Shown piece after piece: positions 10,306 to 20,952 of a DNA stretch of 64,000 nucleotides. Origin of the DNA: Nitrosopumilus sp. (GTDB lineage Archaea; Thermoproteota; Nitrososphaeria; Nitrososphaerales; Nitrosopumilaceae); assembly GCA_965207075.1 (NCBI GenBank), contig CBDBLO010000002.1:2016001-2080000 (forward strand). Reading direction: 5' to 3'. The position numbers and the translations under genes were made by a program. The notes beneath the pieces were generated by a model. That model was not told the origin of the DNA. It saw only the letters and a program-made list of their open reading frames with translations, and did no database searches. How positions within the stretch are numbered: position 1 is the first letter of the stretch; each line of letters opens with the position of its first letter.

Positions 10306-11085
10306 TCATCCCGCCTGCGCCGCGCTCCCGCCAAGCCATTCCGCGCACTCCCCGCTTATGCCGTCGGCCGACTCGCCTAGGAGTCGGCGCCCGGCCTCTG
10401 CCGTCGCGCCGGCCGGATCCCCCCAGACGCCGTTGCCGGTCGCCTCCGGGAACGACCGCTTTGCAAGCTCGGAGATCTCCCGGATTCGCTCCGGCGGCAT
10501 CCCGTCCGTTACCAGCCCCTTCTGCGCCAGGTCCATCCTCACCGAACCGGCAGATATTGCCAGCATCATGGAGGTCTCCGCAAACCCGGCGTGGCCCAGC
10601 TCCTGCTGCCGCTGCATGTAGCGCCAGTAGTTGAACACCCGAACTGCGGGCCCGCCACCGTTGCCAGTCGAATCCTTCACCAGGCGTTCAAGCCTGCCAA
10701 GCGCCTCCATGTTCCCGTGGTGCCCGTTTACTATGATTATATTACAGATGCCGCTCCCGTACAGCGACCCGCACAGGTCCGATATCATCTGGGACAGCGA
10801 GTCCGGGCTTGTGCTGGCATTGAAGAGCGGCGCATGCTCGTACGACACGCCGTACGCGATAACCGGCATCAACAGGTAGCCGTTCTGCTCGGCCACCATG
10901 CGGGACACCTCCGACGCGATGACAGAGTCAGTAGAGACCGGCAGGTGGGGACCGTGCTGCTCAAGCGAGCCGACGGGTATTACCGCTGTTGCTGCGGCAG
11001 CCACTGATGCCTTATCTGCTGCTGCTGTCGTCGTCGCGTCACGGACGCCGCCGCGCACGGATGCCTGGATTCCCGGATCGGTCAT
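10306..11085 (-). CDS. Creatininase (creatinine amidohydrolase) family protein
   Basis: PVGSLEQHGPHLP, VNGHHGN, GHAGFAETS, GVWGDP. Confidence 0.92.
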   Translation of the reverse strand: MTDPGIQASVRGGVRDATTTAAADKASVAAAATAVIPVGSLEQHGPHLPVSTDSVIASEVSRMVAEQNGYLLMPVIAYGVSYEHAPLFNASTSPDSLSQMISDLCGSLYGSGICNIIIVNGHHGNMEALGRLERLVKDSTGNGGGPAVRVFNYWRYMQRQQELGHAGFAETSMMLAISAGSVRMDLAQKGLVTDGMPPERIREISELAKRSFPEATGNGVWGDPAGATAEAGRRLLGESADGISGECAEWLGGSAAQAG

Positions 11086-11117
11086 CCCCCATGCTTCACG
11101 GCGCGCATCCACGGGCG

Positions 11118-11969
11118 TCACCTCCGCACGTGCACCTTGCGCCACCTGACCTCGAGCCTGCCTGCAAGGTGCATCTTCAGGGCCTTGAATAGCAGCGCTG
11201 CCTCCAGCCGCTGCCCCCTCTGCTTTATCTCCGCAAGCGTGTAGTCGGGATCCGCCTCAAAGGAATCCTGGAATATTATGGGCCCCTGGTCCAGGTCCTC
11301 GGAGACGTAGTGGGCCGTCACCCCCACTATCTTGGTGCCGCGCTCGTGGGCCTGCTCGTACGCCGACGCTCCCGGAAATGCGGGCAGCAGCGACGGGTGT
11401 ATGTTGATGATGCGGTTGGGATACCTCCACACAAAGTTCGGGGTCAGTATGCGCATGTATCGCGCCAGCGCAATCACGTCGATGTCGTACTTTTTGCACG
11501 CGCGCAGGATGCGCTCCTCGGCCTTTGACTGGTTTCTCTCCTGTATCAGCACGAACGGTATGTGTGCGCGCCTCGCGACGGGGGCAAGCGTCCTCTCCGT
11601 GCCGATCACCACGGATATGCGGCCCGCGAGGGAGTCGCGCCCCGCGATTATGGCCTCGAGGCAGAGCGGCTCCCTTGTGACCATCACGGCTATGTTCTTC
11701 TCCGAGTTTGTCTCGTGGTGCACCGAGACCTCCATGTTCTGCTCGGAGGCAAGGCGCTGTATCTCCCTGTCAAGCCGTCCCGTGTCAACCTCCCTTGCAA
11801 ACGAGACCTCCATGTGCATCCCGAAGAGCCCCTTGATGACGTTCTGGTTTATCTTCTCGACGTTGCCGTCCTGCCTGAATGCAAAGTTGGTAAACGCGGC
11901 GACCACCCCCTCCTTGTCGGGGCCCACCGCCGTGATCCCCACGACGGTTCTCTTTGGTTTGCGGCTCAT
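11118..11969 (-). CDS. purU: Formyltetrahydrofolate deformylase
   Basis: N-terminal ACT domain; LARYMRIL, INIHPSLLPAFPG, LDQGPII. Confidence 0.93.
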   Translation of the reverse strand: MSRKPKRTVVGITAVGPDKEGVVAAFTNFAFRQDGNVEKINQNVIKGLFGMHMEVSFAREVDTGRLDREIQRLASEQNMEVSVHHETNSEKNIAVMVTREPLCLEAIIAGRDSLAGRISVVIGTERTLAPVARRAHIPFVLIQERNQSKAEERILRACKKYDIDVIALARYMRILTPNFVWRYPNRIINIHPSLLPAFPGASAYEQAHERGTKIVGVTAHYVSEDLDQGPIIFQDSFEADPDYTLAEIKQRGQRLEAALLFKALKMHLAGRLEVRWRKVHVRR

Positions 11970-12060
11970 TATGGACGGTTACGGGGTCGGGGTCGGGCAT
12001 ATTAATTCTTAAAAACGGGAGGGCGGCAGCGGTGCGGTTATTACGAGATATAAGGCAGCG

Positions 12061-13047
12061 GTGCGGTACAACCGCATGCCCCATGCTGCAAGAAAACGGC
12101 AGTACGGCGCGTATTATACAAAGCAGAGCCCGTTTGAACTCAGGCCGTTCAAGGACTGGGCGCGGGGCGCGGGCCTCGAGGACTGCACGGTTCTGGAGCC
12201 CTTTGCAGGGGCCAAGGACATAGTGCGCATGCTGCAGGACTCCAACGCGTGCTCGAGGTTCGCATGCTACGACGTTGCAGGCGGGGCCGGGCGGCCTGCA
12301 GACGGCGGCGTCCGGGTAAGGCGCCAGGACACGCTCGAGTCGTTTCCAACCGGATACCGCGCGTGCGTAACGAACCCGCCCTGGCTTGCCCGGAACTCTG
12401 CCCGCCGCAGGGGCCTCGAGTTCAGGGCGCCCTGCAGGTACGACGACGTTTACAAGTATGCACTGGAACTGGCGCTTGCAAGCTGCAGCTATGTTGCCTT
12501 CATAATACCTGCCACGTTCATCCGGAGCCGCCTGTTCCGTCACAGGCTCAGGGCATTCGTGCTGCTGGAGCGGCGCCTCTTCACCGACACCGACAACCCC
12601 GTGTGCCTTGCGCTGTTTACGCCGCGCCCGCGGCGGACGGAGGTATGGGCCGACAACGAGCGCCTCGGGTACCTTGACGAGCTGGAGGAGAGGTACAACC
12701 TCAACGTCCGGACCGCGTCAGGCAGGCGCGTGCGCTTCAACGCACCAGGGGGCGCGCTGGGCCTGAGGGGGGTGGACAATACCAAGGAGCCGTCCATAAG
12801 GTTTTGCAGGGGCTCCGAGCTGGCGCACCGCACGGTAAAGCACAGCGACCGGAGCATAACCAGGATTGATCCGGGGGTCAGGGTGACGTCAAGGACCATA
12901 GAGGAGCTGAACGAGTTCCTGTACAGATTCCGCCGGGACATACACGACGTGTTTTTGGCCCCGTTCAAGGGGCTGAGGGAGGACGGGCACTACCGGCGGC
13001 GGCTGGATTATGCGACCGCGAGGGGACTGATCTCCTGCAGCGTGTGA
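12061..13047 (+). CDS. Orphan N6-adenine DNA methyltransferase-like protein
   Basis: GAYYT motif X, LEPFAG motif I, TNPPW motif IV. Confidence 0.75.
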   Translation: MRYNRMPHAARKRQYGAYYTKQSPFELRPFKDWARGAGLEDCTVLEPFAGAKDIVRMLQDSNACSRFACYDVAGGAGRPADGGVRVRRQDTLESFPTGYRACVTNPPWLARNSARRRGLEFRAPCRYDDVYKYALELALASCSYVAFIIPATFIRSRLFRHRLRAFVLLERRLFTDTDNPVCLALFTPRPRRTEVWADNERLGYLDELEERYNLNVRTASGRRVRFNAPGGALGLRGVDNTKEPSIRFCRGSELAHRTVKHSDRSITRIDPGVRVTSRTIEELNEFLYRFRRDIHDVFLAPFKGLREDGHYRRRLDYATARGLISCSV

Positions 13048-13255
13048 CTGCGGGGCCGGAATCCGGCAGGCGGCGCCCGGACCTAAAGTAGCGGATCACC
13101 TAGGGGGCGCATCGGACCGCATTGCAAGAGGGGCGGCGGGTGTGGTGAGGAGAGGAGGGGGATGGATCCCCGGCCAGAGAGCGCTGGTCTTGGCAGAGGG
13201 CGGGGCCTTGCGCGCCTCACAGGCACAGAGACAAGAGGACGCTGCAAGGCAGGAG

Positions 13256-13343
13256 TGGTGCGGGAGATGGGATTCGAACCCACGAACTCCTGAGAGATAA
13301 GGACCTGAACCTTACGCCGTTGACCAGGCTGGGCGACTCCCGC
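13256..13343 (-). tRNA. tRNA-Leu(CAG)
   Basis: GCGGGAG...CTCCCGCACCA; anticodon arm TAAGG-TT CAG GT-CCTTA; long variable arm. Confidence 0.96.
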
Positions 13344-13499
13344 ACAGGGACGGCGCAACCTGCGAAATATGTACTTTGAGATGGCTGCCCACGCTCATGC
13401 GGTGCGTGTTGGGAGGATTCAGGCGGAGGCCGGCCGGCCGGCACGCACGCCGTTGCCTCCTCATTGTTGCCGCCGCCGCGCCGTCCGCGCGGCCCCGGG

Positions 13500-14525
13500 T
13501 CAGCCCTTCTCCAGGCTCTTGGTCTTTTGCGGCCGTTCCGGTATGATCCCGTGGGGGCGGAATATCAGCACCAGTATCATGAGCCCTCCGAGCGCCAAAT
13601 AGTCCAGCCATATGATGTCAAACGGCAGCAGGCCGTCAAGCGAGTCGTTGTAATATATGACCAGCTTCCTGATCGCCACGAACAGGAACGTCCCGACAAG
13701 GACGCCCTTGTTGTTGGCCATGCCGCCGACTATAATCATGACAAACGGGAGGAACGTCCAGTTCAGCCTGTCGTAGCCGAACGCGACCACGCCCTCCACG
13801 TACGAGGCGTACATCACGCCGCCCACCGCGCCGAGCATCCCGGCAAGCATCATGACCTTGAACTTTATCTTGACGGGATCGCGCCCGAGAGTCTGCAGCG
13901 CGAGGTCGTCGTCGCGCGTCGCCCTCAGCAGCCGGCCCACCGGCGACTTTGTAAAGCGCGCCACGAGCAGGTAGATTACGCCCGCGAACGCCAGCAGCAC
14001 AAAGCTGGCCGTCAGGAACCTGTACTCGTTTGGCACGAACGCCAGCATGTCCGGCAGCGAGATGCCCAGCGTCCCGCCTACCAGCGACGTGTGGTTGATC
14101 CCGACGATCCTGATTATCTCGCCGAACCCCAGCAGCGTGATGGCCAGGTAGTCGCCGCGCAGCCGGATTGCCGGGTACGCGGACGCCAGGCCCAGCAGCC
14201 CGCCCACGGCTACGGCCACGATCAGCGTGATGGCAAAGACGCCCAGCACGCTCTCCGGGTGCGCCTCGATGTACGCGTTTATCTGGTGCACGAGCATGAT
14301 GTTGTCATCCACGGGCTCGAGTGCCCCGTAGTCGACGAGCATCCCGAACACCATGAAAGGGATGGTCCCCATGACGAACGCGCCCCCCGCCACCGCAAGC
14401 ACCTTTCCAAAGTTCGGCACCCCCCCGAACCCGAACTCCAGGTTGAGGCTGAGGTTGATTATCAGGTATACCGAGAATATGGCAACCAGGTCGCCTATGA
14501 ATATGACCGCGGGGTCAAGCGCCAA
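13500..14525 (-). CDS. livM: Branched-chain amino acid ABC permease
   Basis: RLRGDYLAITLLGFGEII, GRLLRATRDD; multiple TM helices. Confidence 0.92.
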   Translation of the reverse strand: MALDPAVIFIGDLVAIFSVYLIINLSLNLEFGFGGVPNFGKVLAVAGGAFVMGTIPFMVFGMLVDYGALEPVDDNIMLVHQINAYIEAHPESVLGVFAITLIVAVAVGGLLGLASAYPAIRLRGDYLAITLLGFGEIIRIVGINHTSLVGGTLGISLPDMLAFVPNEYRFLTASFVLLAFAGVIYLLVARFTKSPVGRLLRATRDDDLALQTLGRDPVKIKFKVMMLAGMLGAVGGVMYASYVEGVVAFGYDRLNWTFLPFVMIIVGGMANNKGVLVGTFLFVAIRKLVIYYNDSLDGLLPFDIIWLDYLALGGLMILVLIFRPHGIIPERPQKTKSLEKG

Positions 14526-15507
14526 CGCCGTCCTCCTCCTCCTTCTCTTTGCTTCCTTCCTTCTCCTCCTCTGTCTTCTTCATGGTCATGTTCTTGCGCT
14601 TCTGGTATTTTGTGATCAGCTGTATGAGCCCTCCCGGCAGCACGAGCAGGGTCGCGATCATGGCGATGAACGGTATGACGGGCCTGTACGGGATCACCCA
14701 GTACCCCAGAAGGTCGATCAGGATGCTGGTCCCCACCACCTCCGACAGCCCCACGAGGACCCCGCCCAGTATGGCCCCGTACACGCTCGAAAAGCCGCCG
14801 ACTATGCTCCCCGCGAATATGCTCGGCAGCATTATGGCCGCCAGGCTCGGGTCCCCCTGGAACCACATGGACATCAGCACGCCGGCCATGCCGGCGAGGC
14901 CGCCGCTCAAAAACCACGCAAAGCAGAATATCGTCCGCGTGTTGATGCCCAGCGTCTGGGCCAGCGACTCGTTCTCTATGGCCCCCCTCAGGCTCATGCC
15001 AAAGCTCGTCCGGTACAGCAGGCAGTACAGCCCGAGCGCCAGCCCTGCCAGCAGGACCAGCGTCACGATAAATACGAGCGGCAGCCCCCCGTCGCCGCCG
15101 ATCACGATGTCCAGGCTACGCAGCGTAAAGTCGCGCGAGTTGACCTGGTACGTGTTGCGGATCCCGTCCGCTATTATGTTCAGCACGCCGATCATGAACA
15201 TGTCAAAGGCCAGCGTCGCGATGATCAGCGAGATGAGGGAGGACTTTTTCTTCTGCAGTATGCGGATTATCCCGTAGTACATGAACAGCGCCAGCGCCCC
15301 GGAGGCCGCGAACGCCACCGGGAGCGCCAGGTACACGGACATGTCGAGCACCTTTGCCATTATCAGCGCCATGTACATGCCGAGGATCGCAAACGAGGTG
15401 TGCGCAAAGTTCGGGACGCTCGTGATCTTGTACGTGAGCGAGAGCCCCACGCACAGCACGGCGAGCACCGAGGCGTATATCAGTCCGTCGAACAGTATGA
15501 TCGTCAT
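14515..15507 (-). CDS. livH: Branched-chain amino acid ABC permease
   Basis: GLSLTY...NFAH, FGMSLRGAIENESLAQTLGIN. Confidence 0.92.
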   Translation of the reverse strand: MTIILFDGLIYASVLAVLCVGLSLTYKITSVPNFAHTSFAILGMYMALIMAKVLDMSVYLALPVAFAASGALALFMYYGIIRILQKKKSSLISLIIATLAFDMFMIGVLNIIADGIRNTYQVNSRDFTLRSLDIVIGGDGGLPLVFIVTLVLLAGLALGLYCLLYRTSFGMSLRGAIENESLAQTLGINTRTIFCFAWFLSGGLAGMAGVLMSMWFQGDPSLAAIMLPSIFAGSIVGGFSSVYGAILGGVLVGLSEVVGTSILIDLLGYWVIPYRPVIPFIAMIATLLVLPGGLIQLITKYQKRKNMTMKKTEEEKEGSKEKEEEDGVGA

Positions 15508-15514
15508 CGGCTCA

Positions 15515-16327
15515 TCACATCCCCAGGTATTTGGACGCCAGGTCCTCGTCGTGGAGCAGGGTCTCCGGATCGCCGCCGTACACGACGTTCCCGCTTGCCA
15601 GCAGGTACACCTTGTCGCAGTTACGGAGCGCGTACTTTACGTTCTGCTCGACCAGCACTATGCAGTTGTCATGCTCCGCGTTCAGGTTCTTGATCTTCTC
15701 TATTATGATGTCCGCGTTCTTGGGCGAGAGCGCGGCGGTGGGCTCGTCGAAGAGCATTATCTTGGGGTTGTGCACGAGGATCATGGCCATGGCGAGGAGC
15801 TGCCGCTGCCCGCCGCTGAGTGTCATGGCCGGCCTGTCCAGGAACGGCAGGAGCTCCGGGAAGTGGTCCATGGCCCTGTCGGCCCTGTGGCGACCCGCCA
15901 CCACCGCGAGGTTCTCGCGCAGCGTGAGGTCCTGGAAGACGTTCTTCCTCTGCGCCATGTACGATATCCCGTAGTTCAGTATGGCATGGGTCGGAATGTG
16001 CGTGATGTCGCGCCCCAGCGCCCGTATGGAGCCGGACTTTACGTCGCACAGCCCGAATAGCGCCTTTAGCAGCGTGCTCTTTCCGGACCCGTTGGAGCCC
16101 ACTATCGCGGTTATCTTTGAGAAGTCGGCGCTAAAGTCCACGCCGTGCAGCACCTGGTTCTTTCCGTATCCGCAGGCCAGCTCCTTGATCTCTATGGCGT
16201 GGGAGCCGCCGTCGCCGCCCGGCGCGCCGCCGCTGCCGCTACCTGCGGTGCCCCCCGCGTTTCGTGTAAAAGGTGCCCCCTGGTGGTCGTCGCCGCCCGG
16301 CGCGCCGCCGCTGCCGCTACTTGCCAA
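15515..16327 (-). CDS. livF: Branched-chain amino acid ABC ATPase
   Basis: GSNGSGKST, LSGGQRQ, FDEP, VEQN; Gly-rich duplicated N-terminus. Confidence 0.92.
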   Translation of the reverse strand: MASSGSGGAPGGDDHQGAPFTRNAGGTAGSGSGGAPGGDGGSHAIEIKELACGYGKNQVLHGVDFSADFSKITAIVGSNGSGKSTLLKALFGLCDVKSGSIRALGRDITHIPTHAILNYGISYMAQRKNVFQDLTLRENLAVVAGRHRADRAMDHFPELLPFLDRPAMTLSGGQRQLLAMAMILVHNPKIMLFDEPTAALSPKNADIIIEKIKNLNAEHDNCIVLVEQNVKYALRNCDKVYLLASGNVVYGGDPETLLHDEDLASKYLGM

Positions 16328-17066
16328 GATACGACTCCTGCACCGCCTCGTTGTCCAGTATGCGATCGGGCAAGTCGTGCGCCACCACCCTCCCGTCGCC
16401 CATCACGAAGACATAGTCGGAGTAGTGCAGCGCGATGTCAAGCCGGTGCTCTATGATCAGGAACGTGACGCCGCCCTTCAGTATCTCCCTTATCTTCTTG
16501 AAGATCTTGTGCGCCAGCGTGGGGTTCACGCCCGCTATCGGCTCGTCGAGCATGATTATCTCCGTATCGGCCATCAGCGTCTTTCCCAGCTCGAGCAGCT
16601 TTATCTGCCCCCCGGATATCTCAAAGGACAGCTTGTCCTTGAGATGCAGCAGCTCCAGCGACTCGAGGATGCCGAGGGCCTTCTTTGTCTGGCTCGCCTC
16701 GTACGACTTCCACTGCGACGGCACGAGGGCCTTGCGGAAGCTCTCCCCGGGCTCTGGGTGCGCCATCAGCATGTTCTCCATCAGGGAGAGTCCCGCAAAG
16801 TGCTTTGGTATCTGAAACGTTCTCATGATGCCGTGCTCGAATATCCGGTGGGGCGGGAGGCCGGTGATGTCCTTGCCGCGCAGCGTGACGCGCCCACCGT
16901 TGGGGGCCCAGAGTCCCGATATGGTGTTGATCAGGGTGGACTTGCCCGAGCCGTTGGCCCCGATCAGTAGGTTGATCTTGTTTGGGTGGAGATCGAGGGT
17001 GGCGCCGTCCAGAGCGTGCAGCCCCCCAAAGGACTTTCGGAGTTCGTTGACTGTTAAGAGATTCAT
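16317..17066 (-). CDS. livG: Branched-chain amino acid ABC ATPase
   Basis: FGGL, GANGSGKST, RTFQ, LDEP, IEH. Confidence 0.93.
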   Translation of the reverse strand: MNLLTVNELRKSFGGLHALDGATLDLHPNKINLLIGANGSGKSTLINTISGLWAPNGGRVTLRGKDITGLPPHRIFEHGIMRTFQIPKHFAGLSLMENMLMAHPEPGESFRKALVPSQWKSYEASQTKKALGILESLELLHLKDKLSFEISGGQIKLLELGKTLMADTEIIMLDEPIAGVNPTLAHKIFKKIREILKGGVTFLIIEHRLDIALHYSDYVFVMGDGRVVAHDLPDRILDNEAVQESYLGK

Positions 17067-20000
17067 TTATTCATAATCTCGCCGGTGGCCGCATTGTACC
17101 TGGCTGTGGCAAACCACTCGCCGTCAATGACGGACCAGAGCTCATAGTCGGATATGGCCAGGTCTCCCGCCTCGTTGAGCTGAACCGTTCCCAGCGCGCC
17201 CGTGTACGACATGCCGGTGGCATGAAGCTGATCCTTTATGTCCAGCGAGTCAAAGCCGACCTCCTCCATGGAGAGGCCCAGCACCCACACGCTGTCGTAC
17301 GATGAGAAGACGTAGTTGTTGCTGGGCGTCGAGCCGGTCAGTTCGACAAAGTCCGCCCTGAGCATCTCGGAGACCTCGTTGTCGGATGCGGCAAACTGCG
17401 TCGCCACGAATCCCGTGTTGGTGGCAAACTCGGCGGAGCGCGCGTCCTCTACGAGCGGGGCGGCGCCGGCGTTGCCGTCGGAGCCGAACCACGGCACGGA
17501 GTTGAGTGTGTCATATTCTATGGCGGAGTTAAACAGGTGCACCACCTCGTCAAAGCCTATCACGAATACGCCGACCTCGCCGGCCTCGTACTCTGCAAGC
17601 TGCGCGTCGACGGCCTTGGAGAGCACCTCGGCCTCCGTGGAGAACGTGGTTATCTCCGGGTTGTAGCGTATGCCTTCTGCCACGATGCCGCCAATCTCCG
17701 TGAACGACTCCTGGGTTGACTCGAACAGTCCGTCGCCCCACACGTCGCCGCGGTATATCGGGACCACCACCTTTATGCCGCTGTCTGCAAGCAGCGTGGC
17801 GACCACCTTGCCCTGCTTTGTGTCGTCGGGGACGAACCTGAATATGTTGTCGGCCACGGCCAGCTTTGGCGACGTGGATGACGGTGAGAGTATAATCATG
17901 TCATTGGAGTCCGCATACGACATGATGTTGCGGGTCTCCGCACTGGACTCTGGGCCCAGCGCGTACTTTATCCCCTTTGAGTTCAGGGACTGTACCTTTT
18001 CAAGCGCGACTACCGGGTTGGACTGCGTGTCCTCTGCTACCAGGTTCATGCGCCAGTCGGCGCCCTTCTCCTCTAGGTACTCGTTAAAGTCCTCGACGGC
18101 AAACTCGAGCGCGATCTTGTTCTCGTTGCCGTGGCTTGCCAGGTCGCCGGTGGCGGGCAGCAGGACTCCCACGTCCACGGTCATGACCTCGGTGTCCTCC
18201 ATCATAGTATCGCCGGTATCCTCCATCATCGCCTCGCCGGTGTCCATCTTCTGCATGATCTCGCCGGTGGCCGCATTGTACCTGGCGGTGGCAAACCACT
18301 CGCCGTCAATGACGGACCAGAGTTCATAGTCTGATATGGCCAGGTCGCCCGCCTCGTTGAGCTGGACCGTCCCGAGCGCGCCCGTGTACGACATGCCGGT
18401 GGCATGAAGCTGATCCTTTATGTCCAGCGAGTCAAAGCCGACCTCCTCCATGGAGAGGCCCAGCACCCACACGCTGTCGTACGATGAGAAGACGTAGTTG
18501 TTGCTGGGCGTCGAGCCGGTCAGTTCGACAAAGTCCGCCCTGAGCATCTCGGAGACCTCGTTGTCAGACGCCGCAAACTGCGTCGCCACGAACCCCGTGT
18601 TGGTGGCAAACTCGGCGGAGCGCGCGTCCTCTACGAGCGGGGCGGCGCCGGCGTTGCCGTCGGAGCCGAACCACGGCACGGAGTTGAGTGTGTCATATTC
18701 TATGGCGGAGTTAAACAGGTGCACCACCTCGTCAAAGCCTATCACGAATACGCCGACCTCGCCGGCCTCATAATTGGCAAGCTGCGCGTCGACGGCCTTG
18801 GAGAGCACCTCGGCCTCCGTGGAGAACGTGGTTATCTCCGGGTTGTAGCGTATGCCTTCTGCCACGATGCCGCCAATCTCCGTGAACGACTCCTGGGTTG
18901 ACTCGAACAGTCCGTCGCCCCACACGTCGCCGCGGTATATCGGGACCACCACCTTTATGCCGCTGTCTGCAAGCAGCGTGGCGACCACCTTGCCCTGCTT
19001 TGTGTCGTCGGGGACGAACCTGAATATGTTGTCGGCCACGGCCAGCTTTGGCGACGTGGATGACGGTGAGAGTATAATCATGTCATTGGAGTCCGCATAC
19101 GACATGATGTTGCGGGTCTCCGCACTGGACTCTGGGCCCAGCGCGTACTTTATCCCCTTTGAGTTCAGGGACTGTACCTTTTCAAGCGCGACTACCGGGT
19201 TGGACTGCGTGTCCTCTGCTACCAGGTTCATGCGCCAGTCGGCGCCCTTCTCCTCTAGGTACTCGTTAAAGTCCTCGACGGCAAACTCGAGCGCGATCTT
19301 GTTCTCGTTGCCGTGGCTTGCCAGGTCGCCGGTGGCGGGCAGCAGGACTCCCACGTCCACGGTCATGACCTCGGTGTCCTCCATCATAGTATCGCCGGTG
19401 TCCATCTTCTGCATGATCTCGCCGGTGGCCGCATTGTACCTGGCTGTGGCAAACCACTCGCCGTCAATGACGGACCAGAGCTCATAGTCGGATATGGCCA
19501 GGTCTCCCGCCTCGTTGAGCTGAACCGTTCCCAGCGCGCCCGTGTACGACATGCCGGTGGCATGAAGCTGATCCTTTATGTCCAGCGAGTCAAAGCCGAC
19601 CTCCTCCATGGAGAGGCCCAGCACCCACACGCTGTCGTACGATGAGAAGACGTAGTTGTTGCTGGGCGTCGAGCCGGTCAGTTCGACAAAGTCCGCCCTG
19701 AGCATCTCGGAGACCTCGTTGTCGGATGCGGCAAACTGCGTCGCCACGAATCCCGTGTTGGTGGCAAACTCGGCGGAGCGCGCGTCCTCTACGAGCGGGG
19801 CGGCGCCGGCGTTGCCGTCGGAGCCGAACCACGGCACGGAGTTGAGTGTGTCATATTCTATGGCGGAGTTAAACAGGTGCACCACCTCGTCAAAGCCTAT
19901 CACGAATACGCCGACCTCGCCGGCCTCGTACTCTGCAAGCTGCGCCTCCACCGCGTCTGAGAGCACCTCGGCCTCCGTGGAGAACGTGGTTATCTCCGGG

Positions 20001-20740
20001 TTGTAGCGTATGCCTTCTGCCACGATGCCGCCAATCTCCGTGAACGATTCCTGGGTTGACTCGAACAGTCCGTCGCCCCACACGTCGCCGCGGTATATCG
20101 GGACCACCACCTTTATGCCGCTGTCTGCAAGCAGCGTGGCGACCACCTTGCCCTGCTTTGTGTCGTCGGGGACGAACCTGAATATGTTGTCGGCCACGGC
20201 CAGCTTTGGCGACGTGGATGACGGTGAGAGTATAATCATGTCATTGGAGTCCGCATACGACATGATGTTGCGGGTCTCCGCACTGGACTCTGGGCCCAGC
20301 GCGTACTTTATCCCCTTTGAGTTCAGGGACTGTACCTTTTCAAGCGCGACCACGGGGTTGGACTGCGTGTCCTCTGCTACCAGGTTCATGCGCCAGTCGG
20401 CACCCTTCTCCTCTAGGTACTCGTTAAAGTCCTCGACGGCAAACTCGAGCGCGATCTTGTTCTCGTTGCCGTGGCTTGCTAGGTCGCCGGTGGCGGGCAG
20501 CAGGACTCCCACGTCCACGGTCATAATCTCGCCGGGCTCTTCCTCTGTCACGTCTGGTTCTTCAACGGGTACCTCGGGTTCTACGGGCTCAACTGGTACC
20601 TCGGGCTCCACCGGTACCACGGGTTCCACAGGGGGTTCAACTGGCACGTCGCCGTCTCCGCCCATCGATGCCGCAATGGCCACGCCTATTGCAATCGCTA
20701 TTGCAGCTCCGATAATGCCATATTTGGCTCCGTTATTCAC
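17063..20740 (-). CDS. livK: Membrane-anchored substrate-binding protein with three tandem near-identical LivK-type domains
   Basis: 1225 aa; about 385-aa domain repeated three times; first gene of the liv operon. Confidence 0.92.
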   Translation of the reverse strand: MNNGAKYGIIGAAIAIAIGVAIAASMGGDGDVPVEPPVEPVVPVEPEVPVEPVEPEVPVEEPDVTEEEPGEIMTVDVGVLLPATGDLASHGNENKIALEFAVEDFNEYLEEKGADWRMNLVAEDTQSNPVVALEKVQSLNSKGIKYALGPESSAETRNIMSYADSNDMIILSPSSTSPKLAVADNIFRFVPDDTKQGKVVATLLADSGIKVVVPIYRGDVWGDGLFESTQESFTEIGGIVAEGIRYNPEITTFSTEAEVLSDAVEAQLAEYEAGEVGVFVIGFDEVVHLFNSAIEYDTLNSVPWFGSDGNAGAAPLVEDARSAEFATNTGFVATQFAASDNEVSEMLRADFVELTGSTPSNNYVFSSYDSVWVLGLSMEEVGFDSLDIKDQLHATGMSYTGALGTVQLNEAGDLAISDYELWSVIDGEWFATARYNAATGEIMQKMDTGDTMMEDTEVMTVDVGVLLPATGDLASHGNENKIALEFAVEDFNEYLEEKGADWRMNLVAEDTQSNPVVALEKVQSLNSKGIKYALGPESSAETRNIMSYADSNDMIILSPSSTSPKLAVADNIFRFVPDDTKQGKVVATLLADSGIKVVVPIYRGDVWGDGLFESTQESFTEIGGIVAEGIRYNPEITTFSTEAEVLSKAVDAQLANYEAGEVGVFVIGFDEVVHLFNSAIEYDTLNSVPWFGSDGNAGAAPLVEDARSAEFATNTGFVATQFAASDNEVSEMLRADFVELTGSTPSNNYVFSSYDSVWVLGLSMEEVGFDSLDIKDQLHATGMSYTGALGTVQLNEAGDLAISDYELWSVIDGEWFATARYNAATGEIMQKMDTGEAMMEDTGDTMMEDTEVMTVDVGVLLPATGDLASHGNENKIALEFAVEDFNEYLEEKGADWRMNLVAEDTQSNPVVALEKVQSLNSKGIKYALGPESSAETRNIMSYADSNDMIILSPSSTSPKLAVADNIFRFVPDDTKQGKVVATLLADSGIKVVVPIYRGDVWGDGLFESTQESFTEIGGIVAEGIRYNPEITTFSTEAEVLSKAVDAQLAEYEAGEVGVFVIGFDEVVHLFNSAIEYDTLNSVPWFGSDGNAGAAPLVEDARSAEFATNTGFVATQFAASDNEVSEMLRADFVELTGSTPSNNYVFSSYDSVWVLGLSMEEVGFDSLDIKDQLHATGMSYTGALGTVQLNEAGDLAISDYELWSVIDGEWFATARYNAATGEIMNK
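17066..20530. repeat. Triple tandem repeat, periods about 1182 and 1158 bp
   Basis: Equivalent positions at 17101, 18283 and 19441; nearly identical DNA. Confidence 0.95.
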
Positions 20741-20952
20741 GTCACTCCTGTTAATCTTGTGTTTATAAAGATTTATACGTCGATGTCGGATTTTATTAGA
20801 TCAGATAATTACGCCTGCGAATGATGCCGGCAAGCCGCGATACTGGGTCGGCACCATGGAGGCTGCCTGCGGCAGTCCGACATCAGGGTACGCCAGGCCC
20901 GCCGGACATGCGGCAGAGGGGGAGGCGGATCGCCCGCAACCCGCGTGAATCA

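Noticed and set aside
13464-16970. Long plus-strand ORFs opposite the liv genes (likewise 21596-22588, 31730-33118)
   Set aside because: Antisense shadows of GC-rich codon usage with no recognisable motifs
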